Shown: positions 9,022-19,944, numbered from the stretch's first letter. The stretch: 32,000 bases of DNA from Candidatus Saccharimonadota bacterium (GCF_013365475.1 NZ_CP046579.1:270001-302000), one strand, 5' to 3'. The notes: generated by a model not told the origin, from the letters alone. Program-made: numbers and translations.

Positions 9022-10617
9022 GAGCTGTATTTACTTGCTTACTGTATAGTAATATTTATTTAATATATTCCATTAAATATGAGAATCTAAGTTACTGGAT
9101 GTTAACTTACTTGATAGATAATTTTGATACAATTTTACTTCTGCTATTACAAATATAGCAGATATTGTAAATAATCTTGTTCTTGCTAGTCCTAATGTTA
9201 TTGTTCTCGTAATAAAATAATCTATTTTAGCAGAAGAGTATAACCTACTGCTGAGTCAGAACGGTGTTATTATTCAGTTGCTTTTTTGTAATATGCTTTT
9301 CATGTTGTTTTTCTTTTACATGAGATTTTTGCTAAGTAGGTACTTTTTTATTTTTCTATGTTGTAATCAATTGCTATAGCTACTAGTTGCTGTTGTTCCA
9401 GTGTGGAGTACTTGTGTCTTAATTTCTTCTCTTATGTAGATTGTTGTTTTCTTGAGGGGATTAGCATTGGACTTATGCTGCTTTTAACAAGTACCACCTT
9501 ATGGTAACACTAGATTTACTTCGTAGAATTTAAGTAACCTACTTATCCTATCTGGACTACTGTTGTTACTTAATTTAAGGATTTCTTGAGTACTGCTTTA
9601 TCAATTCTAAGTATTGATATAATAAACTTGATTGCTTTCTTTATTGGCAATTTCTAAAATTACTTGCACACTATTTTCTTTGGTTTTTATCAAGTGTTTT
9701 CTGTTTCTATATTTCTATTCTTAGCATTCGAAAAAATGTACTAATAATTATCATGTGTTCTTTATTTTTCCAAGCTTTTCTCTGTATATAGTTAATAATC
9801 TCTTATGATCAATTACCTTCTTAAGTAATCTTTTGCATTTCCATAGAGATTTTCTGTTCGTAACTTATTTGAATAATTTCAATCTCTTCTTTTTGTTTTC
9901 TCATATTATTCCAGAGAACTGGTTAGTTCTGTTTTTAACTGTCCTTGATCCCTTGTAATGATTCTTTACTCTCTGAAATTACAAAAAAGATACAGCACAC
10001 TTTATATATAATATAGTATTGTAGATCTTCTTAAGTGTTAGTTTTACATAAAAATTGAAAAATACCTGCTCTAACCAAGAATTTATTTCCTAAGAACATA
10101 AATATTTTTATATGATAAACTTGTTGTTTTGATAACTTACACTAAAATTCAGTAAAACTGGTTATAAATAGGTGAAACATGTGATGTTTCAGCAAAGTTA
10201 TTAAAAATTAGGTTCAGTGCATATTGCTATTTCCTTTATGACTATGTTATCTGATTACTTGATAATAAGGCTCAAAAGAGGAATGTGAATTTCACATCAC
10301 GCATTAGTTGACACATTCTCATATAAGGATTACATATAAATGTTTCAGCATCTAAGAAGGTTGATAAGTAAATAAGATAAAAGGAACATATAGCAAATAA
10401 TCATTATTTACTTATAAGCCTGGATTAGCGTTCTATACTGCTCTGTATGAGCATATTTTTTATAAAAAATTAAGCATAAAATGATGAAATAATGTTTTTA
10501 TTGTTTAATTTGCACTGATTGAAAACAGCTAGGTACTCTTGTTTCTATAGATGGAAGAATGTTACAATTTTTCAAATATTTTTACTTTTATCTCTAAGTT
10601 AGAAAAAGTTAAATATA

Positions 10618-11634
10618 TTAATTATTTACTTTTAACGATTTGCTTTCGATATAGCTGTCTGCTTGCTGAATTAACATGTTTACTACTTCCTTTACAGACT
10701 TTTCTCTATCAACCATGCCAACACTTTGACCTGCCATTAGTGATCCAGTTTCAACATCTCCTTCAATTACTGCTCTCTTTAGAGCTCCATTCCAGAATCT
10801 TTCTATCTCAAGCTGCCCGTCTTCTTTTGAAATCTGTCCCTTTTGGTATTTATCAATGATTTCTCTTTGATGCTTTATAAAATCATCACTTGCTTTGTTA
10901 GCTATGGCTCTTACTGGAAGTATGGGAAAGTCATCACTTATCTGGACAGAAGATACTGCGTTACGTGCAGCTGACTTTATGAAAACTTCCTTAAAATTTT
11001 TATGGGCAATCGATTCATTTGTACAGACAAATAGCGTGCCTATTTGGCATCCACTTGCTCCTGCTTCTAGGTAGTTAACTATCATTTCACCTCTTCCTAT
11101 CCCACCTGCAACAAATACTGGTGTTTGCTTATTTTTAAAATGAGGCAATATCTCTTGTGCAAGTACTGAAGTGCTTACAGGACCTATATGTCCTCCTGCT
11201 TCCATTCCTTCTATTATCAGCGCATCCACTCCCATTTTTACTAACCTCTTTGCAAGGCTTAATGATGAAGCAAAGCATATTACTTTTATTCCAACATTCT
11301 TGATTTTTTCTATACTAGCTTTCATTGGTAGTCCCCCAGCAAGGACTATGTGACTTACTCTTGTTTTAATACACATGTCTATTAATTCACTTAAACTCGG
11401 ATGCATAGTAATTAAGTTCACGCCAAATGGTCTATTAGTTAATTTTTGTGTTTCTATGATTTCTTTTTTTAATAGATCAGGAGACATCGCGCCACATGCA
11501 ATCACACCAAAACCACCAGCGTTTGAGATTGCTGAAACTAGACTTCTTTCTGAAACCCAGCTCATAGCACCACCCATTATTGCAAAATCACTACCAAGGA
11601 AATTTGCTCCTTTTCTCCAGAGGATATTTAACAT
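10618..11634 (-). CDS. Nitronate monooxygenase / 2-nitropropane dioxygenase family FMN oxidoreductase (FabK-like)
   Basis: 338-aa ORF with the motifs GGFGVIACGAM, IIEGMEAGGHIGPVST and VFVAGGIGRGE, typical of the NMO/FabK TIM-barrel flavoenzymes. It starts 5 nt after the upstream cytochrome b561 stop. Confidence 0.85.
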   Translation of the reverse strand: MLNILWRKGANFLGSDFAIMGGAMSWVSERSLVSAISNAGGFGVIACGAMSPDLLKKEIIETQKLTNRPFGVNLITMHPSLSELIDMCIKTRVSHIVLAGGLPMKASIEKIKNVGIKVICFASSLSLAKRLVKMGVDALIIEGMEAGGHIGPVSTSVLAQEILPHFKNKQTPVFVAGGIGRGEMIVNYLEAGASGCQIGTLFVCTNESIAHKNFKEVFIKSAARNAVSSVQISDDFPILPVRAIANKASDDFIKHQREIIDKYQKGQISKEDGQLEIERFWNGALKRAVIEGDVETGSLMAGQSVGMVDREKSVKEVVNMLIQQADSYIESKSLKVNN

Positions 11635-11639
11635 ATAAC

Positions 11640-12218
11640 CTATATCATGCGTTTAATAATGCTTTTTTTATCTAAGAATGCATGCTTTAGAGTCTCGAGT
11701 ATATGTAATGTTATAAAAAATATCATAAAGTACGTAAATATTGAATGTAGCCTATTAGCTATACTAGCTAGCTCTTTGTTTTTACTGATTAACGAAGGAA
11801 TATGAAAAAGATATTTGATTTTTATACTAGAAGCTGAGGTTACAATATAACCAGATGCTGGCATCAGTACCATTAGAAAATACAGAATAAAATGTACTGC
11901 TTTACTTACATTAGATTCAAATCTAGAAAGACCTGTTAGAGGTCGTAGAACATAAGTAAAGGTGCGAAGTATGCGTATTACAACTAGTCCAACGGTAGTA
12001 ATTCCGAAAGCTTTATGGAGAGTGTGTGTAATAGATTTGATTTTGTTACTAACTGGTAAGGTTTTCATATAAAATCTAGAATAAAGCATGCTAATAATGA
12101 GAACAGCCATTGACCAATGGGTAACTATTGAACTTGAGCTATATTTATTATTTCCCACTTTGATTCTCAACTTAATTGCTTTAAAATAGCATTTATATAA
12201 TAGAAAACTGTTTTTCAA
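11640..12218 (-). CDS. Cytochrome b561 family protein (CybB-like, 4-TM di-heme)
   Basis: 192-aa ORF with four hydrophobic helices carrying conserved His residues (THWSMAVLII, HKAFGITTVGLVVIR, HFILYFLMVLMPASGY, HSIFTYFMIFFITLHILETLKH). The exact start is uncertain because the N-terminal leader is long. Confidence 0.8.
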   Translation of the reverse strand: MKNSFLLYKCYFKAIKLRIKVGNNKYSSSSIVTHWSMAVLIISMLYSRFYMKTLPVSNKIKSITHTLHKAFGITTVGLVVIRILRTFTYVLRPLTGLSRFESNVSKAVHFILYFLMVLMPASGYIVTSASSIKIKYLFHIPSLISKNKELASIANRLHSIFTYFMIFFITLHILETLKHAFLDKKSIIKRMI

Positions 12219-12324
12219 TAAAGATCATTCGGTTTCTACTTTGATCTATGCCTTACACATATGCAAATATTGCATTTTGGTAAAACACCCAATTACAAAG
12301 AAAAACAACATCCATACCTAGTAC

Positions 12325-13593
12325 CTAAGCTCTAAGCATAGAAACTACCTCATCGTAATCTGGTAGTAAATTGATTTCTCCAGTTGCAGCTAAAGTGATT
12401 TTTCCGTGTTGTAGTAATAACCCCTCTGCTGCCCTTTTTACATCAAAAGTAGTTACTGCACTAATTTTTTCTATTAGTTCACTTTTACTAATATGTCTGT
12501 TATAAGTGCCATAATAATGGCCTAATGCCTCAGCACGGGAATTAACACTCTCACGTGACATCAGGATTTGTGATTTTATTCGCTCTTTTGCTCTATTTAT
12601 TTCTTCTTCCTTCAGATTGCCTGAAGATAACTTTTTTAACTCTGTTGTTATAGATTTTAAAAGTTTACCTAAATTACTGCTATCTGTGCTAGCAAAAATG
12701 GAGAATACTCCTGTATCAATATAACTAGAATTAAAAGAATAAATTGAGTAAGCTAATCCCTGTTTTTCTCTTATTTCCTGGAATAGATATGATGACATTC
12801 CATTTCCTAGTACAGAATCAAGTACTTGAAATGTATGATACCTATCATCATGATAGGAAACACTAGGGAAACCTATTAGCAAGTACGTCTGATCTAATTT
12901 ACGGTATTCTAAATATTCACCACCGGTATAGTTTGCATCTTGTTTTTTCTTTAGTCCACTTCGTATTTTTGAAAGTGAATCTTTGATCAAGTGAGTAACT
13001 TCTTGATGTTCAATATTTCCTGCAACTGTAAATATCATATTTTCGCCAAAGTAGTGCTCATTTATATAGTTATTTAGGTTTTCTTGGCTGAAAGACTTTA
13101 CAGTGTTTTGTGTACCTAAGATTGACCTACCGAATGATTGATCCTTATAAGCTGCTTCAAAATACTTATCAAAAATGATGTCGCTTGGTGAATCATTGAT
13201 CTGAAAAATCTCTTGTATTACAACACCCTTTTCACGTTCTAATTCATCTTCTGGAAACGTGGAATTCATTAATATATCTATTAATATGTTAACACCAACT
13301 TCTATATCTCTCTTAAGAATTTTTGCATAATAGATAGTGCTTTCTCTACTAGTACTAGCATTGAGAACTCCACCTATCTCATCAAAAGCTTTTGCAATTT
13401 CAAATGCGGTCCTGGCCTTTGTGCCTTTGAAAGCCATATGTTCTAGAAAGTGTGATATACCATTTTGACTTGCGCTTTCAGCTCTACTCCCAACACCAAC
13501 TCGTATATTTAAAGCTACGGAATCAACATTGAACACATGCTCAGTTATTATACGCAGACCATTATACAGTTTTGTTACCTGTGGTGGATTCAT
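12325..13593 (-). CDS. M16 family zinc metallopeptidase (mitochondrial-processing-peptidase-like)
   Basis: 422-aa ORF with the inverted zinc motif HFLEHMAFKGT plus a downstream EREKGVVIQE. Its start lies 1 nt after the sodB stop. Confidence 0.9.
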   Translation of the reverse strand: MNPPQVTKLYNGLRIITEHVFNVDSVALNIRVGVGSRAESASQNGISHFLEHMAFKGTKARTAFEIAKAFDEIGGVLNASTSRESTIYYAKILKRDIEVGVNILIDILMNSTFPEDELEREKGVVIQEIFQINDSPSDIIFDKYFEAAYKDQSFGRSILGTQNTVKSFSQENLNNYINEHYFGENMIFTVAGNIEHQEVTHLIKDSLSKIRSGLKKKQDANYTGGEYLEYRKLDQTYLLIGFPSVSYHDDRYHTFQVLDSVLGNGMSSYLFQEIREKQGLAYSIYSFNSSYIDTGVFSIFASTDSSNLGKLLKSITTELKKLSSGNLKEEEINRAKERIKSQILMSRESVNSRAEALGHYYGTYNRHISKSELIEKISAVTTFDVKRAAEGLLLQHGKITLAATGEINLLPDYDEVVSMLRA

Positions 13594-13594
13594 C

Positions 13595-14194
13595 TTACAT
13601 GCTCTTTTTCAGATTTTCTTCTGCAAAGTCCCAGTTAATCAAATAATTAAGAAAAACTTTTATGTAGTCAATTCTACGATTCTGACAATCTAAATAATAT
13701 GCATGTTCCCAGACATCCATAGTAAGTAATGGGACTTGACCATAGACTAGTGGCAGGTCTGAATTTGAAGTTTTAGTAATTTTAAGTTTTCCTTTTTCAA
13801 GTACTAACCATACCCATCCACTGCCAAACTGACTTACTCCATAGCTCGAAAATTCTTCGTAGAACTTATCAAAACCACCAATATCCTCTTGAATTTTTTT
13901 TGCAAGTAGACTATTATCCTTAGGTTTACTACCACCATTTCTTTTCATTGAGTTCCAATAGAAAGTGTGGTTCCAAACTTGAGCTGCATTATTAAATATG
14001 GAAATTTTATTACTGTCACCATAAGTTTTCATTATTAATTCCTCAATCTTTATGCTGGTACTTTTAACCAGCTCGTTGAGCTTGTTTAGATATCCTCTAT
14101 GGTGTTTGTCATAATGAAAATCCAAAGTCTTTGCAGATATGTAAGGCTCTAAAGCTGTTTTATCATATGGTAAGTCAGGTAAAGTAAAATTCAC
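13595..14194 (-). CDS. sodB: Iron superoxide dismutase
   Basis: 199-aa ORF with a GTG start preceded by AAGAGG. Motifs are HYDKHHRGYLNKLN, FNNAAQVWNHTFYW and DVWEHAYYLD. Confidence 0.95.
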   Translation of the reverse strand: MNFTLPDLPYDKTALEPYISAKTLDFHYDKHHRGYLNKLNELVKSTSIKIEELIMKTYGDSNKISIFNNAAQVWNHTFYWNSMKRNGGSKPKDNSLLAKKIQEDIGGFDKFYEEFSSYGVSQFGSGWVWLVLEKGKLKITKTSNSDLPLVYGQVPLLTMDVWEHAYYLDCQNRRIDYIKVFLNYLINWDFAEENLKKSM

Positions 14195-14223
14195 ATCAAC
14201 CTCTTGATTCTTAACTTACTATG

Positions 14224-14252
14224 ATAGTAGTATAACATGTGCTTTTATGCAA
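14224..14252 (-). promoter_or_regulatory. Candidate promoter of the sodB operon (TTGCAT-17 nt-TACTAT on the minus strand)
   Basis: The minus strand reads TTGCAT (14252-14247), a 17-nt spacer, then TACTAT (14229-14224). This is about 30 nt upstream of the sodB GTG at 14194. Motif match only. Confidence 0.3.
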
Positions 14253-17200
14253 CACATAATATACATATTATTAAAATAATTACATAAATAATCTTATGTT
14301 TTTGAAAGTGAAGATGTAAGAGACTTATTAAAATTTTGAAGAAAACGCTATGTAAAATAGCTTTATTGTAAGTAAAAATTTTATCGAAGTTTTCCAAAAT
14401 TTTTTGTGAGTTTATCGGATGTGTTAATAATATCTTGTGTGCATAGATTAGAAATTTGCTCTTTTTACTTTATTACGATTTTAATGATCCTCAATCTAAT
14501 ATTTTAGACTTTTCACACTGATCAGCAAAGAGTTAGCAAGAGTAGAAAACAGATATCATTTAACATGTTGTGCGATTTTGTTAGTACGTCATTGAATGAA
14601 GGTGTTATTGAGTAAGCAAAAATCATATCTACAAGATAGCTGAATTTATTAACACTTCTGGATTGTGTTTATGATGCTTTTATCTGTGCTAGCATATTTA
14701 GTCATTGCCTCGGTCGCTTTAGCTGTTGATAAAATATTAGTTAATCAAGTAAAGTGGAGAACATAAAAGACCTGCCCTTTTGTGAAAAGATAGTGTGGAA
14801 AGGTTATAGTTAGTGTCTGTCACATAATAGTGCTGTAGTTTAACATTTGTCCATAATTCTAATTATAGGTAGATAAGTCCTATCATAATCTCATTTTTAT
14901 GAATGCTCTGTAAATAAAAATGTTGTAGTTTTTAACTGTGATAAGGGAAAGATGATACTAAGATGCTTTGTTATGGTAGGGAAATTTGTTAATTTTAGGC
15001 TCAATTGAGCTATAGAATTTTCGAATATGGGAAGTTTTATTCTTAAATAGGCATTGAATAGTGCGTTTTGGATAAAAGCAGCTTGGCTGTGATAGCTATG
15101 GTTGTACTGTAGATAGATGAGTTGCTTATGTTACTTAAAGTGATAGACTTTTGTTTGATTTTCAAAGAAGAAAATAGCCTACACTGATGTTGAAATCTTT
15201 GTGCCATTCAATTTGCTATAAGATCAGTTATGAGATTGATTATGATATAGGCTACTCCGTAGATTTGGAGCGTTTAGAATATAAATGCATATTGGTAAAA
15301 TATAAATCATAACTTATTCATTGTGCAAACGTAGGTTCATCTAATTTAGAACTACGTGTTGTATTAAATTTTATCGCAGAAGTAAGAGTTAATTTTGTTA
15401 TAAGGTATGTGATAGTTACTTTAATAGAATAGGTGATATGCTTTAGCTAGAGTTTTTTTATATAAAAATTGCCACGTTGATGATTTTTTGAGTTTCCTCA
15501 TAAGAAGAAGTATTTTTATCTTGTTTGACATTAATATAAAAGGCACCATAAAACGGCAAAATTATATATATTCTTTATCAAGAAACAGTTACAAAAGAAA
15601 AGGGTACCTTTCTTTTCCTTGATACATCACACCTATAATTAATTTATAGAAGTTAGCTTATGAACGAATAAGCATATAATTTGCTAGAAAAGTAGCTTTC
15701 TTGGAAAGTTGTCTTTTATATATGTTGAGTTTAAATTTAGGTTTCTCATAAAGGCTTGAGTTCTTCAGGAGTCACTTCTGCTAACTGCAATACTTTTGTT
15801 ATTATTTACACAAGTTATGGTGTAGTACCGAGTAATTCCGGACAAATGAGTATTTTATGTAAGACTAAACAAGAAATATGGTTCAAGTTTGACTGCGCTT
15901 TCAATGTTTTCTTAAAGATAAAATTTCAAGTTATTCATATTTACGCTCTTCTATTTACAGTAGTTCTATCCAAACACCTAAATATGCACTAGCATTAAAG
16001 TATTAGTCTCTGGCATGCCATGAACTTCAAGATATCAGATATGAAAACTAAAACTGTAGTAATATTATTTTACCATAAATAAGGTCATAGACTTTGTTAG
16101 ATTGAAGATTATAAAGGAAAGTTTTATTAGCTCTGGTATGTTAATCAACACTTTAAAATTTTATACGGTGCTGGCAATATAAATAGTTACTGGATAAGCT
16201 ATGCAAATTTACATGATGAAGATGAGTGAGAAAGATGATAATTTAGATATGACAAAAGATGTTCTTTAGTGTTAAATATGCAATATTTATGTATGATGAT
16301 TATACTGTCTTAAGTAAAGGTTAAAATAACCTGCAACAAGCTAATCTTTACCTGAAATCTTATAACTTCAGTTCTGTTCAATTATAAGCCAGAAAAGTGG
16401 CTCAGCGTAACTGTCTAGTTGTTGGTAGCTTTTTTCTATAAAAAGCATCTCAGGTGATATATTATTTTATACTGCTACTTTTATGCAAGTTTATGAAAGA
16501 AACTTAACCGTTTATTTGGATGGAATTCACGAAAGTTGTGAATATTGACTGGGATCAAATACTACACTATAGCTTTGGATTAGATTCAAGTTATTTTATC
16601 TTACCCCTTTTCATAGGTAAAAGTAGCAAGTTTGGGAAAAGTATAACTTTAGAATAAGTAATAGATAGTTATATATATGCAAATATTATTTACTATTTGA
16701 TGCTCATAAATTAAGCTTCATATTCCATATATTTTAACAGTAATTAGGCATTTGTGGTAGGAGTATTAATATCCCTTATTCCATAGACCTTGAAAGTTCT
16801 CTTTTGACTATATACACCTTGGGTTATTCAATATAATTGAAATTTAATCCTGAAGAGATCGTCAAAAAATCTAGAAACACTTAAATTATGCACTTTTAGC
16901 TGAGCTACAGCAGAATTTTCAATGAATAAATATATTGCAGTAATTTAGGTGATTTTCTTTTGCTTGACGTCTAGCTTACCGCATTATATTCTTAAAATAT
17001 TTTTATATCAAGAATACTCCAGAGCTATAGCTTCGCTTAATTGCTATCCCTTTAGTTGTACTTTGTGTTATCTAGTTCTAGTAAAAGCGTAAACTTTTTG
17101 ACTTATTAAACTTAAGTGTCAAAGAAATTTTGCTGCTTATGCTTTTGCATTAATTTAGCAGTATTATCTACATTAGATAACTGGTTATTGGTTATGAATT

Positions 17201-17869
17201 TACTTATTATGAAAATTTTTCAAGCTCATCTTTGAATTTAATGATTTATTCATATTCAGTTAAGCATTTATCTTACGAAATGCTTGTTAGGTATAAGGTA
17301 TAACACATTAAAGAAACAGTCCCTTCTTCATAATCACTTGAAATACTGCAATACTTCCTGTTTTTCATTCATGTCCTTATGTTTATGGATTTATGTTCGT
17401 TATGACTGCATCTTTATTTTTAGAGGAGAGTAAAGAGCTCTTATATGAAACATGAGATTTAATTTCATTTATTTTGCAGGTATTTTTGACCCAGTTATCC
17501 TAGTTTCGTGCTTGCTTTTGACTTAAAAACAGTCTGATGTATTTGCATGTTGTATCATAACTACCTGTTTTTTAGCGCGCAATCGTTTCTTATTACAAGA
17601 TTATCAATGATAATGACTTCTTGCTATACGTTATCTGTGATAGGCTGCATAACTTTTCTTCTCTATTTTTATTATTTCAGTTCTCTATCATTGCGTTCTT
17701 AACAAGACTGGTATCGCTATTATCATAAAAATATCTTATTTTCTTCAGAAATGCTCTCATTAATCGCTGAATTACATTATGTAGTATTTAGTCTAGTGAT
17801 GACTTCGATAAATGCTATGAATCATTGTGCTTTTGCTGTAATGTTTGTGGAGTTTCTATAGCGTGAGTT

Positions 17870-18484
17870 TTGATAATGTCAATTCTAGCAATTGATACCG
17901 TAGGTCCTGGTAGCTCAATAGCGATAATCGATTGTGATGGTAAGTGTTTAGTAGAACATGATTCTAAAAATAATAATCACGCAGAATCATTTTTTCAAAT
18001 TTTAGATACTCTGTTCAGTAAACATAACTATAACTATAACAAAATAGAGCGTTTGGCAGTAGTAGTTGGACCTGGAAGTTTTACTGGAATTAGAGCTGGC
18101 ATATCAGCTGCAAAAGGTATAAATCTTGCTACAGGTAAGCCGCTATACGGGGTTAGTGCACTAGAGGTTCAGGCATATGCAATATCTTTGCTTGACACAA
18201 AGAGCAAGAAAAATATTAGAGCTATAATAAAAAGTTCTCAAGGGTTTTATACTCAGTTATTTAGTTTTGATTTATTACCACTATCATATCCAACTTTAGT
18301 GCGTGAAATTGCTGAGTCCAAGTGTTTAGATATTGAGGTAGTGGGCAACAACTGTACCACATATATGGATTGCAATTTACCTGAATTAAATGCTAGCCAT
18401 GCAGGATTGTTAGTGCATTCTAGGCTAGAAAATAAACAAGAGTTAGGAGAAGTTAAAGCTCTCTATTTAAATAATAAGTCTTGA
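17870..18484 (+). CDS. tsaB: tRNA N6-threonylcarbamoyladenosine biosynthesis protein TsaB (YeaZ family)
   Basis: 204-aa ORF (TTG at 17870, alternative ATG at 17876). The N-terminus is ILAIDTVGPGSSIAI, and VVVGPGSFTGIRAGISAAKG is also present. Both are typical of TsaB/YeaZ. Confidence 0.85.
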   Translation: MIMSILAIDTVGPGSSIAIIDCDGKCLVEHDSKNNNHAESFFQILDTLFSKHNYNYNKIERLAVVVGPGSFTGIRAGISAAKGINLATGKPLYGVSALEVQAYAISLLDTKSKKNIRAIIKSSQGFYTQLFSFDLLPLSYPTLVREIAESKCLDIEVVGNNCTTYMDCNLPELNASHAGLLVHSRLENKQELGEVKALYLNNKS

Positions 18485-19944
18485 CATATGGGCTTATTGT
18501 AAGGCTAACATTCTGAATACTGAATCAATTTAGTTAAATCTGTATACTGATATGTTATCTTTTCATCTACTTTCCTTACATTTATGTTTGAATTTTCTGC
18601 TTCTATAGAACAGAAAGCAATACTTAAGTTTTTTATAACATTACTTATATTAGTTACTTTCTTATTTTTATTTTCCTATGACTTTTCGCGTCATATAGGC
18701 TATACTTAAGTACTATATGAAAAATTTTTGTTTATTCACTTTCTTTCACTAGTTCTTTTCTTTGGTAAATATGTAATTTTAATTATTGAATCATCTTTTG
18801 TTGTCTGAAGTATAGTTTGTGAAATGTTGTAAATTCTGTTTTCTACCCTCTTAGAGATTTGGTTGTATTCGGAGATATTATACATCTACAATAAACTTGT
18901 CTTCTTAAAGAAAAGGCTATTTATAAACAGTGTATCTATCATATTAGGTTATTAGATAATTCTGTACTATAGAGAAAGCCTACACTACTAAAAATCTGGT
19001 GATGTATAAACTTCTGTTATTGTCTTTTTGCAATCGTTTAGAAAATTATCTTTAATAGCATAAAATCAAGCTATATGTTGTAGAGGAAAACTGTTTTTGA
19101 TACCCGGATGCTTGTATAGTTTAGAAAATAAATTCTGTGTAATCTTTTAAACTATATTAATATCTGAGCTGATTTTTGCTGAGAGATAATAGGTCCTTTA
19201 TTTGGTCTATATTGATTTTGAGCTAGAATCATTGATTTACTATTGCTTGTATTTTCTTCAATAAGCTTTTAAAAGGTCTTAGCCAAAAATTATGTTATTA
19301 ACAAAAAGATAGTAATTAAATGGAATTGATCCCACACATTGTTGGTTTTTATCTTACCTAAAGTAAGTTGTCATAAGTAATACTTGTTAGTATTGGTGTG
19401 TTCTAGAATCAAAGATCTTTACAAGCCATTAGATATACGTTTAGTAGGTGAGTAAAAATTACTAGTATAAGTGTTATTTGATGAGAGTATAGTTAGAGAT
19501 AAGAGGTATCAAGAAGTAGGATTTGTTGTATAATTATGTGTATCCTTCCTATTGCAGAAGTTTTCCCTAAAGGATAATGCTGCTTTGTATAAGCAAGATA
19601 TCTTATTCATAGTTAGCACTTTCTAAGTAGAGAACAAAGAAATTTCGTAATATTAGGTCTGAATTGTGGATATGAAGTATGTCAGAATTGAAGGTTAACA
19701 TGTTATTCTATTTATTATTCAGAAAACACTGCAAAACTTAGTGTTTAATGTTAGTTGTGATGTTTAACAATTCCAAAATAAAGAAGTTTAATTGATCTTT
19801 TGCCTTTTAAAGGTAGTTTTGACGAGAGATTGGGACTAGTAAAAAGCAGATGTGATGGGTTTTTTGATCTTAAATAAGTTTATTAGTTTATTGCGCATTT
19901 GTTTTTATGTATAAGATTATAGCAAATTGTAAAAAGGTTGTTTT

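Noticed and set aside
8965-10617. Decayed virB2 paralogs upstream of the virB2-like gene. I translated parts of the minus strand, for example 9070-9240, which gives ...ITRTITLGLARTRLFTISAIFVIAEVKLYQNYL...
   Set aside because: I found only vague hydrophobic resemblance, inconsistent spacing relative to the intact 124-aa protein, and no DNA-level similarity. G/C skew here is about neutral (G about 138, C about 149 over 9001-10020). This is not supportable without profile searches.
15756-15992. 78-aa plus-strand ORF (TTG start) in the large divergent spacer, with slightly higher local G+C.
   Set aside because: It has no ATG start, no ribosome-binding site and no recognisable domain. It may be a remnant within the G-rich block, but I cannot support it as a gene.
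14195-17869. Chromosomal replication origin, suggested by the divergent gene orientation and by the C>G to G>C spacer skew change across this region.
   Set aside because: I found only isolated 7-8 of 9 matches to the DnaA box TTATCCACA (for example TTTGGATAA at 15067-15075 and CTGGATAAG at 16190-16198) and no cluster. Spacers further right (21.3-22.9 kb) revert to C>G, which a true origin would not predict. dnaA, hemE and other usual origin-flanking markers are not in the window. A whole-genome cumulative skew is needed to decide.
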